This document shows, one piece after another, positions 43,146 through 54,794 of a stretch of 64,000 nucleotides of DNA (the stretch's first letter is position 1; every line of letters starts with the position of its first letter). The notes under the pieces are model-generated. The model had not been told where the DNA came from. It did not search any database and was given only the letters and a program-made list of their open reading frames with translations. Both the position numbers and the translations under genes were made by a program. Source of the stretch: Pachysolen tannophilus NRRL Y-2460 (lineage: Eukaryota); the NCBI GenBank assembly GCA_001661245.1, contig KV454015.1, forward strand, positions 918,924-982,923. The letters are read 5' to 3'.

Positions 43146-45315
43146 TACAGGTGTATGATTATGTGTATGATTTCATAAAATTTCTTAACTGAAAAGGCTA
43201 AATGTGTATCATTAAAAGAGCAACGAAGCAAGGTTTGAATTGTATGGATGATTAACAAGTTTAAAAAAAAGGGAACAAAACGTCAAATTATTAAAGTGAA
43301 AGAAGCATAAAGAATACCAAAATAAAAACCGTTTAAGAATTTAATACGTAATTCTAATAGAATTAAATCTCTCTTTTCTGTCTCCTATTAGTGTTGAACT
43401 ATACATGAACTACGTAATAATTGCTCTAGTCAGTTCTGAAACAGCGGCTCACGCATTTAAAAAATTATTACGTCGAAAAAGTATAAAAATAAACTTTTAA
43501 GCTTTTAAATTTTAATTTTCTGGTTTTACTCACCGCCCGGCGCAAGAAAAAAAAAAAAATTAAAAAAAAAAAAAGAAAAAGAAAGAAAAAAAAGAAAAAA
43601 GAAAAAAAAAGTCTTTATTCAATACAATTCCAGATCATCAAGAGTTTGGTCTGCATACGCAAACTTTAGACCTTACTTATTGTACATATAGAGATATATT
43701 TACGTCTTGTTAATAGCATGAATTACTATAGAATTTAAGGGTGGGACTATTCAAACATTGCTTCTTGTTAAATAGAGTTAAAAGAGGGATCGTAGGTTTA
43801 GCCGACTACCGAATCTTTTTGAGATGAGGAGGGGAGTAACTACCTTTTTCAGTTTTTTTTTTTTTTTTGTTCTTCTTTTACCTATTAAACTGGAAATCTA
43901 TAACACGACGTATATCTTACATATTTTTATTTTTAGAGCAAAGAGGATAGTTGAACGTAAGAACACCCTGGCGAACAAAAAATGAAAACAAATTTTCAGA
44001 ATATCCACCAGTTAGCGTGAATGCTACGTTCTTATTATTATTATTATTATTATTATCATAATAAAAATAATAATAATAATAATTACAATAAGATTGTTTT
44101 GCCTATTATGCTTTGAAACTTCTATGTATGCCTAATTTATCTTTCATACATTTTTAAGCTTTGCTTTGTTCTTGCGTCACGGTTAAAAATGCTGTTATAC
44201 AATTGAAATTTTTAACCTCAAAAGTCTAAAGAGACATTTGCTACGTGTTATCCTTGATTGCTGGATTTGATAAAATTAAGGTTAAAATCTTAGAATATAC
44301 CCAACTAATTTTTTTTTTTTCGGAAAATCTCTATTTTTACTGGAAAACCAAAAAATAATAGTCTTTTTTTTTGTTTTTTTTTTTTTGCTCAAGGAAAAGT
44401 CCTCCGATTTTTTTAGCTCACTCCGTAGTATAGTTAGTTTTCAGTCACACTTGTCAAAAAAAAAAAAAAAACAAAAAAAGTAAAAAACCAAGAAAAAAAT
44501 TGACTAAAATAAAAGTTGCTGTTTTCTTTAAACTCGTTCATGCTTTTCATGAATAGTGATGGGTTCAGGGGTAATCGTTTATACAGATAAAAAAAAGCTA
44601 TTTTGAGACAATTCGGTGTGTAATTACGTATTATGTACATCAAGCGAATCACTTTTCCAAAAAGAAACATAATGCAAGAACATCAGCCTAATTAGGATCT
44701 GTCTTGTTCAAAAATATAGTCAGGTATTCAAATAGTAAAAGTAATTAATATGTTGTTACGAGATGTTTCACTTTGTTATATGTTGTTTAAATGCAAAGGA
44801 TAAAAAATTTCATGTAAAGTTCTATTCATTAATGTTTAAATTTTGCAGATTTTTTTACTAAATACAATAAAAGATACAAAGCTTATTATCGTAGTGAGAT
44901 TGTTCTGAAAAAGTGAAATGATTTGATGAATACAGTAAAAAAAAAATAAAAATTTATTTTCTTTTTTAATAATCAATGTCAATGTTCCTTGTAGTCGAAG
45001 ATGAAAGAATAAGAATAATAAGAAGAAAAAGAAAACCTTTGCCTTTAACTGTCTTTAGTGAATTGAATTTTTGTTATTTTTTATTGTTTTTAATTTCAAA
45101 CTTCTTAATAGTAGTGTAGTTGTAACGATGTTGTCAATTTTAAGCTCTAAATAAAGTAAAAAGAAAGAAAAAAAAAACAAAAAAAAAACAAAAAAAAAAC
45201 AAAAAAAAGAAAATTTAAATTTATTATGTTAACTAAATTAATAAAAATTTATTAGTTAACTAACTAATTGATTGATTGCCTTTTTTTGTATTTTTTTTTT
45301 TTACTCTTTTCCAAA

Positions 45316-45966
45316 ATGGCCAAGGAAATTCAATCAAAGAGTCCTTCATGGATTTCATATTATAATTATGGCTGTGCAGCTTTGTGGTCATATATTTTAA
45401 TTGCAACAATTTATTATCCATTTATTAAAGGTTATGATCAATTTAGTTTTTATGAAAAAACAAATTTTACTCTTACAATAATCCAATCATTAGCAATAGT
45501 GGAAATATACAATTCAGCAGTTGGTAATGTTAGATCACCAGTTTTCACAACAGTAGTTCAAGTTTCTTCAAGGTTATTAGTTGTTTGGGGTATTTTCCAA
45601 ATTTTACCAAATTCTCCAGCGAATCAACACTACTTATATACAAGTTTACTCTTGTCTTGGTCAATTACTGAAATTATTAGATATACTTATTATGCACAGA
45701 ATATTGTAACTTTAGGTAATCCAGGCCAACTTTTAATTTTTTTACGTTATAATACTTTCTTGGTATTATACCCAACAGGTGTTGCTAGTGAAACCGGATT
45801 AATTTATATCTCATTGAAAGAAGCATCAAAACTGGTAGGTAACTGGTATGCAATTTTCTTACAAGCAGTATTATTAATTTACATTCCTGGTTTTTATATA
45901 ATGTTTACCCATATGATGGCACAAAGAAGAAAAATTACTAAAAGACAGAAACAAAAGCAAACTTGA
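45316..45966 (+). CDS. PHS1: Very-long-chain 3-hydroxyacyl-CoA dehydratase
   Basis: VRSPVFTT..QVSSR, WSITEIIRY, LRYNTF.VLYPTGVASE, HM..QRRK; KxKxx C-terminus. Confidence 0.93.
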   Translation: MAKEIQSKSPSWISYYNYGCAALWSYILIATIYYPFIKGYDQFSFYEKTNFTLTIIQSLAIVEIYNSAVGNVRSPVFTTVVQVSSRLLVVWGIFQILPNSPANQHYLYTSLLLSWSITEIIRYTYYAQNIVTLGNPGQLLIFLRYNTFLVLYPTGVASETGLIYISLKEASKLVGNWYAIFLQAVLLIYIPGFYIMFTHMMAQRRKITKRQKQKQT

Positions 45967-46208
45967 ATAAACATTGTAATAATCATAGTAATAAACATAG
46001 TCGTGTATATAAAATACAAAGAAACCCAATTTTTCATGGACAAAAATTTTTTTTTTTTTTTTTTTTTGCTTCTTTTTATTACCAATTTATTTGTTCAACA
46101 AAAATTTAATATAAATTTCTAACCTTTTTTTATTTCTAAAACCAATAATTATAATAATAATAAAACAATAGTGTTTATTTTTTTTTGAGGTTGTGAAAAG
46201 TTTGAAAT

Positions 46209-46760
46209 ATGAATAGATTAATAGGATTTCGTCCTTCTTGTGTAAGCTTGCTGCTTAGGTCGTGTGGGTCACCTGCGAAGAAGACTTTTTGTACTCCAAT
46301 ATTGCATCCATCATTTTCACGTTCATTTATACCTTCATTGACCAAATACCAAGAACAACAATTACAACAACTGCAGAAAGAATCGTGTAGTGAAATACTA
46401 CCGAAATTTGATTTATCTCCTTTAAAATTTGAACAGGACTTGTACGTTACACTCAGAATCCATAATCGTCCATATTTGGTAACATTAGGTGATAAAGTTG
46501 TGCTTCCTTTTAAATTAAAACACGCAGAAATTGGAGATGTTTTAAAATTTAATGATGTAACATCTATTGGTTCAAGAAATTATACAGTCACTGGAGATCC
46601 AATAGATCCATCTTTATTCTCAATAAAAGCAGTTGTTATTGAAAAGACAAAAAATCCAATGTATACTAAGGAAATTACAAAAAGAAGACAACGTCATGTT
46701 CGTCATGTTAATGTCAAACATGATATCACAATATTAAGGATCTCAGAATTGAGCATCTAA
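46209..46760 (+). CDS. MRPL49: Mitochondrial ribosomal protein bL21m
   Basis: [34 protein letters not shown]; presequence. Confidence 0.92.
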   Translation: MNRLIGFRPSCVSLLLRSCGSPAKKTFCTPILHPSFSRSFIPSLTKYQEQQLQQLQKESCSEILPKFDLSPLKFEQDLYVTLRIHNRPYLVTLGDKVVLPFKLKHAEIGDVLKFNDVTSIGSRNYTVTGDPIDPSLFSIKAVVIEKTKNPMYTKEITKRRQRHVRHVNVKHDITILRISELSI

Positions 46761-47044
46761 ATATCAAAAATTAAGAAAAAACTATATAGCTAAATTTACT
46801 TGTAAATATATTGTATTTGGTAATTGATTCTAAGTAGTGTAAGAAGTTTAAAAAGTTTCTTGTTAATAATATATTTATTTATATATACATATTTATATAT
46901 ATATGAAGATTGATTACAAGGAAATACACACCTATTAAGAGAAGAGTTATTTATAAAGGTGTGTTGACTCTTTGTGAAGTACTTTTTGAGGGCACTTTGT
47001 AAGGGCGCTTTGTGACTTATATCATAATATACCAGTTTGACTGA

Positions 47045-50000
47045 ATGGTTTCGCAGCAGACTTCCAATTCAGGCAGCGCTTTTAATTCTCAAAAGTCTAA
47101 AAACAAAAGACAACAAGAGGATGAAGAGTATGCAAAGAAAAGTGATATACCCAAATTTTTATACGATGAAATACCCATTAACTTGAACTCTACAGCGTTG
47201 AATTCGCAAATCCACAATACTGCTACACATGATACTCTTTCTTCACCTTATCCATCGATGGAAAGGAGAAGAAAACTTTCTTCAGCTTCATCTCATAAGG
47301 GCGGGAACGCAGATGATTCTAAATTTACAACTACGACTTCACCTACTAAAAAATTTAACTTAACTGTTAATACAAATTTAGATGGGAATGGTAATGGCGG
47401 TTCAAGATCTTCTCCAAATTTCACAAATAATGGTAATAGTCAGAAAAGTTCACCTATCAATCGTTTAATAAATAGTAAGAAAAGTATAGAGAAATTCGAT
47501 ACACTGAATCTTAGCCCTATAAATGGTGGTAGTTCAAATGGAGGTACCCCAAAATATCCAAAATCTTCACCGATAACTCAAGATCATCAAAGAAACCAAC
47601 ATAGGCATCTTCATGTTCTGTCATCACAGGATCAGAATCATTATTTAACTCCATTGAAATCGAGCAATAACAACGATTCACAGAAATCTAGTCAATCAAG
47701 TCCAAGCTTCCATACTATTCCTTCAGATATAAGTGCACGCTCTTACCATATTTTAGATCCAAAATCATTTACACACTATACCAGTGATAATAGCGATATG
47801 ACTCCCTCTCAGGTACCACTTCCAGAAGTTAGCGATGTATCCATTGTTACAGCTATTAATAGTAGTGCTGAAAATGATTTTTCTTATGAAAAGACAAATA
47901 ATCTTTCGGGATTGATTGAAACATCAACTCCATCATTCGATAATAAACTGAAAACTCAAGAAATAACATACGATGATGATAATGGCGATAATAATAAGTT
48001 TTTAGATGTTTTCAATAATCATCATAACGCTAACAAGGGATCACTTGGACTTTTAGCATCTCCATTATCTAATATCCCTGTAAATATTCTGAAAAACAAA
48101 AATCAATCATCAATTGACCCCAATACTTCTGAATCACATTCCCCTTCTTTTATGGCACCACCAGTTTCTTCATCTCTCAATTTCACTCCAAGATATATCA
48201 GCCCCCAACAATCCCCACTTGATACCGCATCAATTCACTCTTCTAACTATATAAACTTTGATGCTAGTATTCCAAACGTACCTCATCATTCTCATAATGA
48301 TTCTATAACTTCGCAAACTTCCCTAAACTCAAGAAAGATTAGGATCGGTTCAAAACTGGTGAATTCACCACATTCTAAACAATCATCAATATCTTGGTCA
48401 GTTAATATACCAGAAGAATGGACATTAGAACGTGTTACTTATTGGTTGACTTTATACGAATTTAACGAAAGTTGGCTTGACGCTTTCAAAAAAAATAACA
48501 TTATAGGATCAAAGTTTTTAAATATGGCAAGTTATGAAAAATTGAGTCATTATTTTAGCCAATTAGACATAAGCGGTCAGTCAACTCCATCTAGATTTAT
48601 TCATTTACTAAGAAAAACTATTGACAGATCTAATTCCGAAGTGGTAATTAGAATGCCCTCACCAAATATAGAAGGTGCAGATGGTCAAATAAAAAATAAA
48701 ATTGTCAATTCTGATGGATCGAAAGGTGAAAAAGTTAATGGTTTATATTGGGACAATGGACGAGAAACTCAGTCTGTACACAACAGATCTATTTCTCATA
48801 AATCTTCTGATTCCTCCGTGCTTACTGGCTCTCAAGAGTTGGTTCCTATCACTTCTGCTCCAGTTTTAACATCGAATGATTATAAAAAACTGCCTACAGT
48901 TATTTCTGTGCCTATTTCTAATAAGTCTTCTTCAAGGGCTGGGAACAATGCTCAAAGGGGGAACTCTCAATCAAGGCCATTCTCAACTATTGAAGGCTCA
49001 AATAAGACAACATTCAGTCCTCCAACTTCTCCAGCTTCATTTTCTCATGGGTTTTTCAGAAAACACATGAAATCAAATTCGTCTGAATCGTCGATTTTAA
49101 CTTCAATATTTGCAAATAATTCATCTGCTCACAATTCCTTTAGGAATGGTTCAGATCATGATTTAAAGCTGTCATCACCAATATCGTCATTAAAAACGGA
49201 GGTATCTACTACCACCAACAACTCACCAGTTACCGAAAGTAATACGAAAAGAGGATTAATTCATAAATTGAGGAAAAAAGTTTCTGATATCACAAATGAA
49301 CCTTCAAGGAAGAGGTCTTTCAAACAAGGTACTAGCTCACCAATCAGCCCAGTTTCGACCACAGCAACTTTGTCAAATACTTTAATAGAACCAGCAGGGG
49401 CCAACAAAAAGTCACAAAAAAAGAAGTTAGAAAAAATTGTTACAGCGACTACAGAGGAGTATGCTCGAACAAAGAATAACGTGTTTGAAGAACATAAAAA
49501 ATCTACAAAGTCGGTTGAAACCACGAATAGTAAAGATGAAAACAAAACTTCTCCAATATTAAACAAAAATCCTAACTTTTCGTTGCCTTTGAAAAAGGCT
49601 ACAACATCAAACGGCGAATCTAACAAATTGGAAAATTTGAGCCCACTAAAGTTTGTCGTAGAGAGAAGATTTCAACCAAAATCTTTAAAGAGGAATTCGG
49701 ATTTATTTATCTTAATTACGAAGGATAATAAGACTTTTGTTCCATGCAATATTGGTTTAATAAATTCTTTATTTGAATTGAAAGCAGAGATCTCAAAAGA
49801 ATTAAATTTGTCTAACTTGGCTTCATTTTCAATGCATTTGACAGATTTTGGTTGCGAAGAAGGTGAGCCGTTGGATGATACCACTTTAGAAAAATTGATA
49901 GCTTGCTCCTTCTATGGAGGTTCTTCCAAATTACTAGTAAACTGTGGTTCAAATGTTGTGACAACTAATAACAGAAATAATGATTTATCGTTATCAGTCT

Positions 50001-52528
50001 CATCAACGAGGTCTTCTATAGCTCAATCATACGGTGAGGTATATGGCGACGAAGGAAACAGATATCCTGCTACTCCTCAGTATTTGTTGGATGCTTCCAG
50101 GATTAAAGAATCCACGGATTATTTAAACTTTAAGGAGATTTTGTCTGATAAGAAAGAAAACGTTCAGCTTAAGATGAAGGATGATCACGGTGAAAATGCC
50201 GAAAATGCTCTGGGAGCATCTATTTCTAATTCTTCAGTCGGGTCTGGTAGCACCAACTCACGCACCGCTTCGGTTTCTTCGTCTTCTAAGCTGCACATTG
50301 CCCCACTTATCACGAAGAACTCTTCCAATTTTAGAGTTATTCGTAAAGAAAGTGTCGGTGAAATTGATTTTGATAAAAAGCGAGAATCACCTTTTCAAAG
50401 AAAAACTAGCTTAATTGCCAAACGAAATGCTCCTCCTCCTCCACTCTCAGCTCAAAAATCAGATTCAGATATTGCTATTTCTGATTTAAAAGAAAGGCAA
50501 CTTTCTTCCAAAAGCTCAACATTATCAACAGAGAAAAATGATATTATTAACTCTGATCAATATAGATTATTCACTGGAAGTACGGCAACCTCAACTTTAG
50601 TTGCATCTCCTGTCACTGAAATTTCTGAAAGCTCTTATCTTTCTCCGTTTACTCCAGGCTCTTCGAATACTTTGATACCACAGCCTTATAGAGGTAATAT
50701 TTCCTCAGTTTCACGAAAACCTGTTGGAAGCGAAGAAGAAATGAATACCTTTGAAACCAAAAATTCCGCAAATCAGCTTTCTGCAGTCAACTCTTTATCT
50801 AATAAAAACAAAGGATCTAATGCGAAATTTTCTAGAAACTCGTATTCTTTGAGACGAAATCCATCAGTCAGATCCGTCACAACCGTTAAAGATAAGTTTA
50901 AAGAGAATACGATTTCATTTGAAGGTGCGCCAGCCTTATCTGATGAAAGTGACGACAGCGATTCCGACGACGGATTATGGGCGAAAGTTCCTTCGAAAGA
51001 AAAATCTTCAGAATCAATACATGTTGTTCGGCCGCTAGTCAGAGATGAACAGAAAAAATCTCCCAATACTGGTTTACAATTAGAAATTCCCAAATCACCT
51101 AATAAGCAAATGACAGTTAGGCCACCTGCTGAGGTTGTATATGATAATCTTGAACGTTTTTTCCCCAATACTGATCTTGACAAACCAATTCTAGATGTTA
51201 TGTCGTCACCTCCTGTTTCACCTGTTGCAGAGGCATCTCCTACTAATCCCAATCCACCACCGTCTTTATCGTCAAAGAAACAGCAACGTAGTACGGTTCG
51301 TCGTCCAGTTATATCAAGAAAGGTTTCAAGTGCTGATGATGAGTATTTGAAATTACCCGAAGACAATAGAGCTAATATTGGCCGTAATCATAGAATGAAA
51401 ACGATTCGTGTTGTTGCCCTGGAGGCTAACGAAGCACGCAAAAGGCTTTCGGAATCTGCAAATGCTAAAAATAAAGGTGGTTTATTAAGGAGAACTAGCA
51501 CAAAAATGTGGGGCCAAAAAGTTGTCGAAGTCACTCCGAATCAACTAAAGAGAGGTTACGTTAGTAAATTGAAAAATCACAATGGTGAGTATAAACAGTT
51601 TGCCTGGATCAAAGGTGAGTTAATTGGAAAAGGTACTTTTGGTAAGGTTTTTTTAGCTTTGAATGTCACTACTGGTGAAATGATGGCGGTCAAACAGGTT
51701 GAAGTTCCAAAGAATAGTATTGCTAGTGCTCAGATAACAGAAGTAATTGACGCTTTACATTCGGAGGTTGAAACTATGAAAGATTTAGATCATCTAAATA
51801 TAGTTCAGTACTTAGGATTTGAGAAGGTAGATAATATTTACAGTTTATTCCTCGAATACGTTGCTGGTGGTTCTGTTGGTTCATGCATTAGAATGTTCGG
51901 CAGATTTGAAGAAAGTCTCATTAGGTTTTTAACTGCTCAAGTATTACAAGGTTTGGCATATTTGCATAAACGTGGAATTTTGCATAGGGATTTAAAAGCG
52001 GACAATTTGTTATTGGAAATAGATGGTGTTTGTAAAATTTCCGATTTTGGTATATCTAAGAGAAGTCAAAATATATATGCCAATGACGCAGAGATGTCAA
52101 TGCAAGGTACCATATTTTGGATGGCTCCTGAAGTCATTGATAATGTTGTACATAACAAAAAACAAGGTTACAGTGCTAAAATTGATATTTGGTCATTGGG
52201 ATGTGTAGTCCTTGAGATGTTTGCTGGAAGAAGACCCTGGTCAAATGTAGAGGCCATTGGGGCCATATACAAATTGGGAAAAACAAAGTTAGCTCCTCCT
52301 ATTCCTGAAGATACACTTCCGTTTGTTTCCAAAGAAGGCAAAGATTTTATCAAGCAGTGTTTTCAGATAGATCCAGAAAAGAGACCAACGGCAAGCCAGT
52401 TATTGAAACATCCTTTTTGTGCTAAAAATCCCGATTTTAAATTTGATGACACTAAATTAGCTAAGAAAATTAAATTCAATGATAAACATAGAGAGCATGC
52501 ATTGAGACTAGAGGCCAAAAAGAAATAA
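47045..52528 (+). CDS. BCK1: Cell-wall-integrity MAPKKK
   Basis: C-terminal kinase WIKGELIGKGTFG, MMAVKQV, HRDLKADN, DFG, GTIFWMAPE; Bck1-type RPPAEVVYDNLERFFP and KMWGQKVVEV; SAM-like segment near 48410-48620. Confidence 0.95.
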   Translation: MVSQQTSNSGSAFNSQKSKNKRQQEDEEYAKKSDIPKFLYDEIPINLNSTALNSQIHNTATHDTLSSPYPSMERRRKLSSASSHKGGNADDSKFTTTTSPTKKFNLTVNTNLDGNGNGGSRSSPNFTNNGNSQKSSPINRLINSKKSIEKFDTLNLSPINGGSSNGGTPKYPKSSPITQDHQRNQHRHLHVLSSQDQNHYLTPLKSSNNNDSQKSSQSSPSFHTIPSDISARSYHILDPKSFTHYTSDNSDMTPSQVPLPEVSDVSIVTAINSSAENDFSYEKTNNLSGLIETSTPSFDNKLKTQEITYDDDNGDNNKFLDVFNNHHNANKGSLGLLASPLSNIPVNILKNKNQSSIDPNTSESHSPSFMAPPVSSSLNFTPRYISPQQSPLDTASIHSSNYINFDASIPNVPHHSHNDSITSQTSLNSRKIRIGSKLVNSPHSKQSSISWSVNIPEEWTLERVTYWLTLYEFNESWLDAFKKNNIIGSKFLNMASYEKLSHYFSQLDISGQSTPSRFIHLLRKTIDRSNSEVVIRMPSPNIEGADGQIKNKIVNSDGSKGEKVNGLYWDNGRETQSVHNRSISHKSSDSSVLTGSQELVPITSAPVLTSNDYKKLPTVISVPISNKSSSRAGNNAQRGNSQSRPFSTIEGSNKTTFSPPTSPASFSHGFFRKHMKSNSSESSILTSIFANNSSAHNSFRNGSDHDLKLSSPISSLKTEVSTTTNNSPVTESNTKRGLIHKLRKKVSDITNEPSRKRSFKQGTSSPISPVSTTATLSNTLIEPAGANKKSQKKKLEKIVTATTEEYARTKNNVFEEHKKSTKSVETTNSKDENKTSPILNKNPNFSLPLKKATTSNGESNKLENLSPLKFVVERRFQPKSLKRNSDLFILITKDNKTFVPCNIGLINSLFELKAEISKELNLSNLASFSMHLTDFGCEEGEPLDDTTLEKLIACSFYGGSSKLLVNCGSNVVTTNNRNNDLSLSVSSTRSSIAQSYGEVYGDEGNRYPATPQYLLDASRIKESTDYLNFKEILSDKKENVQLKMKDDHGENAENALGASISNSSVGSGSTNSRTASVSSSSKLHIAPLITKNSSNFRVIRKESVGEIDFDKKRESPFQRKTSLIAKRNAPPPPLSAQKSDSDIAISDLKERQLSSKSSTLSTEKNDIINSDQYRLFTGSTATSTLVASPVTEISESSYLSPFTPGSSNTLIPQPYRGNISSVSRKPVGSEEEMNTFETKNSANQLSAVNSLSNKNKGSNAKFSRNSYSLRRNPSVRSVTTVKDKFKENTISFEGAPALSDESDDSDSDDGLWAKVPSKEKSSESIHVVRPLVRDEQKKSPNTGLQLEIPKSPNKQMTVRPPAEVVYDNLERFFPNTDLDKPILDVMSSPPVSPVAEASPTNPNPPPSLSSKKQQRSTVRRPVISRKVSSADDEYLKLPEDNRANIGRNHRMKTIRVVALEANEARKRLSESANAKNKGGLLRRTSTKMWGQKVVEVTPNQLKRGYVSKLKNHNGEYKQFAWIKGELIGKGTFGKVFLALNVTTGEMMAVKQVEVPKNSIASAQITEVIDALHSEVETMKDLDHLNIVQYLGFEKVDNIYSLFLEYVAGGSVGSCIRMFGRFEESLIRFLTAQVLQGLAYLHKRGILHRDLKADNLLLEIDGVCKISDFGISKRSQNIYANDAEMSMQGTIFWMAPEVIDNVVHNKKQGYSAKIDIWSLGCVVLEMFAGRRPWSNVEAIGAIYKLGKTKLAPPIPEDTLPFVSKEGKDFIKQCFQIDPEKRPTASQLLKHPFCAKNPDFKFDDTKLAKKIKFNDKHREHALRLEAKKK

Positions 52529-52698
52529 ATGTTTGTGCAATTGACTTTTATATTTTGTTCTTTCTTTTAGATTTGAAAGTGATAAAGATAGCAATTGGTA
52601 ATCGTAAAATGGAATTATTGCGTTTTTCATATCTTAAATTGAGTTGATTTAAACTCATATGCAACTACATTAATTAACAAATTGTATATAAATAGTAT

Positions 52699-54570
52699 CT
52701 AGTACAAATTATTAGAATCTCTATAAGCAGTGACTAAGATATCTTGTTTTTGATTTGATAATGCAAAAGCCTGTCTGTACATATCTAACATTTCATGTAA
52801 GACTTGGTTTCTTGAACAAGACCCTTCCACAATACCTTTTAACTTCAATTCTAGATTTTTTCTTAAAAATGGTTTTGATAGTGAAATATTATCTAGTCCA
52901 ATTTGATTAAATCCATCAACCAATGCCATACCTAAAACAGTCGGTACAAAGTATTTTGTAGTTCCTCTACCAGGTGCTGTTTGTAAATTTACGTAGCTTC
53001 TAGCTACTATTTTTTCTATATGGTCTGCAATAGTAGCATCGGTACCAATACCATTTGCATCCATCAAGGCGATCAACTCAGCTTCAGTCATATGGGTTGG
53101 AGGTGAAGTTTCACCTGATGCCAATTCAACTTTCGTTATTTTTATTGGTTCATTTGGCTCAAATTTAGGTAACTGCTTTGAAGATTCCCATTTATAATAC
53201 GGATAGATATCAAGATAATTTTTTTCTAAAACAACCAAACCAGAAGCTTGAAATAGTTCTATCCCCCATTTGAGTGTTACTGTTGTACTGCTACCTTTTC
53301 CGTCATCTGAACAACAGGCTAGAAAATGACGCACAATATATTCATAAATCTTTTTTTCGTTAGCAGACAAATTTGATCCATCGGAATGCATAATTGGATG
53401 AATTGGAGGATGTGCTTTATCGTCATGATTCCCACTTCTGGGCTGTTTAAACTTATCATTATTTATCAAATCAGAAGCATATGTTCCCCATTGACTATTT
53501 TGAGTCTGCTTCGATATTAAATCTTTTAAATCCATGGCTTTAGGAAAAGAGTCAGTCTCAGTTCTAGGATAAGAAACATAACCTTGGTTATATAATTTTT
53601 CTGCACAATCCAAAACTTGTTTTGCGCTCATTCTCAAATATTTAGAACAATTTTTTTGTAATTCAACTGTTGTTAATGGTAATGGTCTCCAATTTTTAGT
53701 TGGTTTACTTTCTATTTTTGTAATTATTCCTCTATCATTAGCTTCTAAAAAACTTCTTTCATAAAATAAAACAGCTGTAAGTCTATCAAATATGTGAGGT
53801 CGCAACCAACGGAATGTTACTTTTTGTCCATCTTTCCGAAGATCAAGATCAATATACCAAAATGGTTCACTGATAAAATTTTTAACTCTTTTATATCTAT
53901 CAACAATAAAACCTAAGGTAGGGAATTGACAACCCCCATAACTAATTACACCAAAATCTTTATCACACTTGGACTGATACAAATTTGTTAGAAACCTGGT
54001 AAAGCTTGCCCCAGTTCTTAAATCAAGCTCCATTCTAGTAGCAACTGCAGCAATTGCATTCTGGTCCAATCTTATTGGATTTTTAGCTGCTCTTACAATA
54101 TGAGTTCTCTCTAAATGAGAAAATTGTGCTCTTAAAGTATTCTCAAGTGTGATATTACTATTTGAAGTTCTAGCAGCTTTCACAATTTCGTATCCAATAT
54201 ACTCTCCTTCTCTATCACAATCTGTCCATATCATCAAATAATTAGCATATCTCAGTTCTTTAGCAATATTATCAGCAATTTTTTTCTCATTATCATCAAT
54301 TTTTTCAATTGTTGGCGCGTCAAATAATCTACTAGGGGTACATTTTGCCCACGCATACTGTGCTGCAAAATCAGTCGATGAAAGATGTCCAGTAACACTT
54401 GTCATCGTTACCTCAGATAATCCTATATCATTACCAAAATTGAATTTGAAATCATAGTTTTTAATATATTTATTATTTGAATTTCGCACCTGTGTAACAT
54501 TTCCTCCACTTAACGTATGAGCTACTGATTTTGCAATTGAAGGTTTTTCAGCAACACACAAGACTCTCAT
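52699..54570 (-). CDS. TOP3: DNA topoisomerase III
   Basis: VLCVAEKPS, DCDREGE (TOPRIM), catalytic SYPRTET, AHPPIHP, GIGTDAT. Confidence 0.97.
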   Translation of the reverse strand: MRVLCVAEKPSIAKSVAHTLSGGNVTQVRNSNNKYIKNYDFKFNFGNDIGLSEVTMTSVTGHLSSTDFAAQYAWAKCTPSRLFDAPTIEKIDDNEKKIADNIAKELRYANYLMIWTDCDREGEYIGYEIVKAARTSNSNITLENTLRAQFSHLERTHIVRAAKNPIRLDQNAIAAVATRMELDLRTGASFTRFLTNLYQSKCDKDFGVISYGGCQFPTLGFIVDRYKRVKNFISEPFWYIDLDLRKDGQKVTFRWLRPHIFDRLTAVLFYERSFLEANDRGIITKIESKPTKNWRPLPLTTVELQKNCSKYLRMSAKQVLDCAEKLYNQGYVSYPRTETDSFPKAMDLKDLISKQTQNSQWGTYASDLINNDKFKQPRSGNHDDKAHPPIHPIMHSDGSNLSANEKKIYEYIVRHFLACCSDDGKGSSTTVTLKWGIELFQASGLVVLEKNYLDIYPYYKWESSKQLPKFEPNEPIKITKVELASGETSPPTHMTEAELIALMDANGIGTDATIADHIEKIVARSYVNLQTAPGRGTTKYFVPTVLGMALVDGFNQIGLDNISLSKPFLRKNLELKLKGIVEGSCSRNQVLHEMLDMYRQAFALSNQKQDILVTAYRDSNNLY

Positions 54571-54738
54571 CCTACTTTCACAGAGAAACTCATTCGTTAT
54601 TATAATAAATTATTCTATTAAACTATATCTACGGCTAATATTCGCATCTAAACATCAATCTCTCTATTACTTACTCTACCGCATCATCTCCTATAAAGAT
54701 AAACAAAACGAAAAGATGAAAAAATCAAAATTTGGTTG

Positions 54739-54744
54739 ACGCGT
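54739..54744. promoter_or_regulatory. MCB element ACGCGT upstream of TOP3
   Basis: Exact ACGCGT about 170 bp upstream of the TOP3 ATG in AT-rich DNA. Confidence 0.5.
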
Positions 54745-54794
54745 ACTACTTCATATTTTCCACCATTTGATCTATTTGAAGTTGAAAGATAAGA

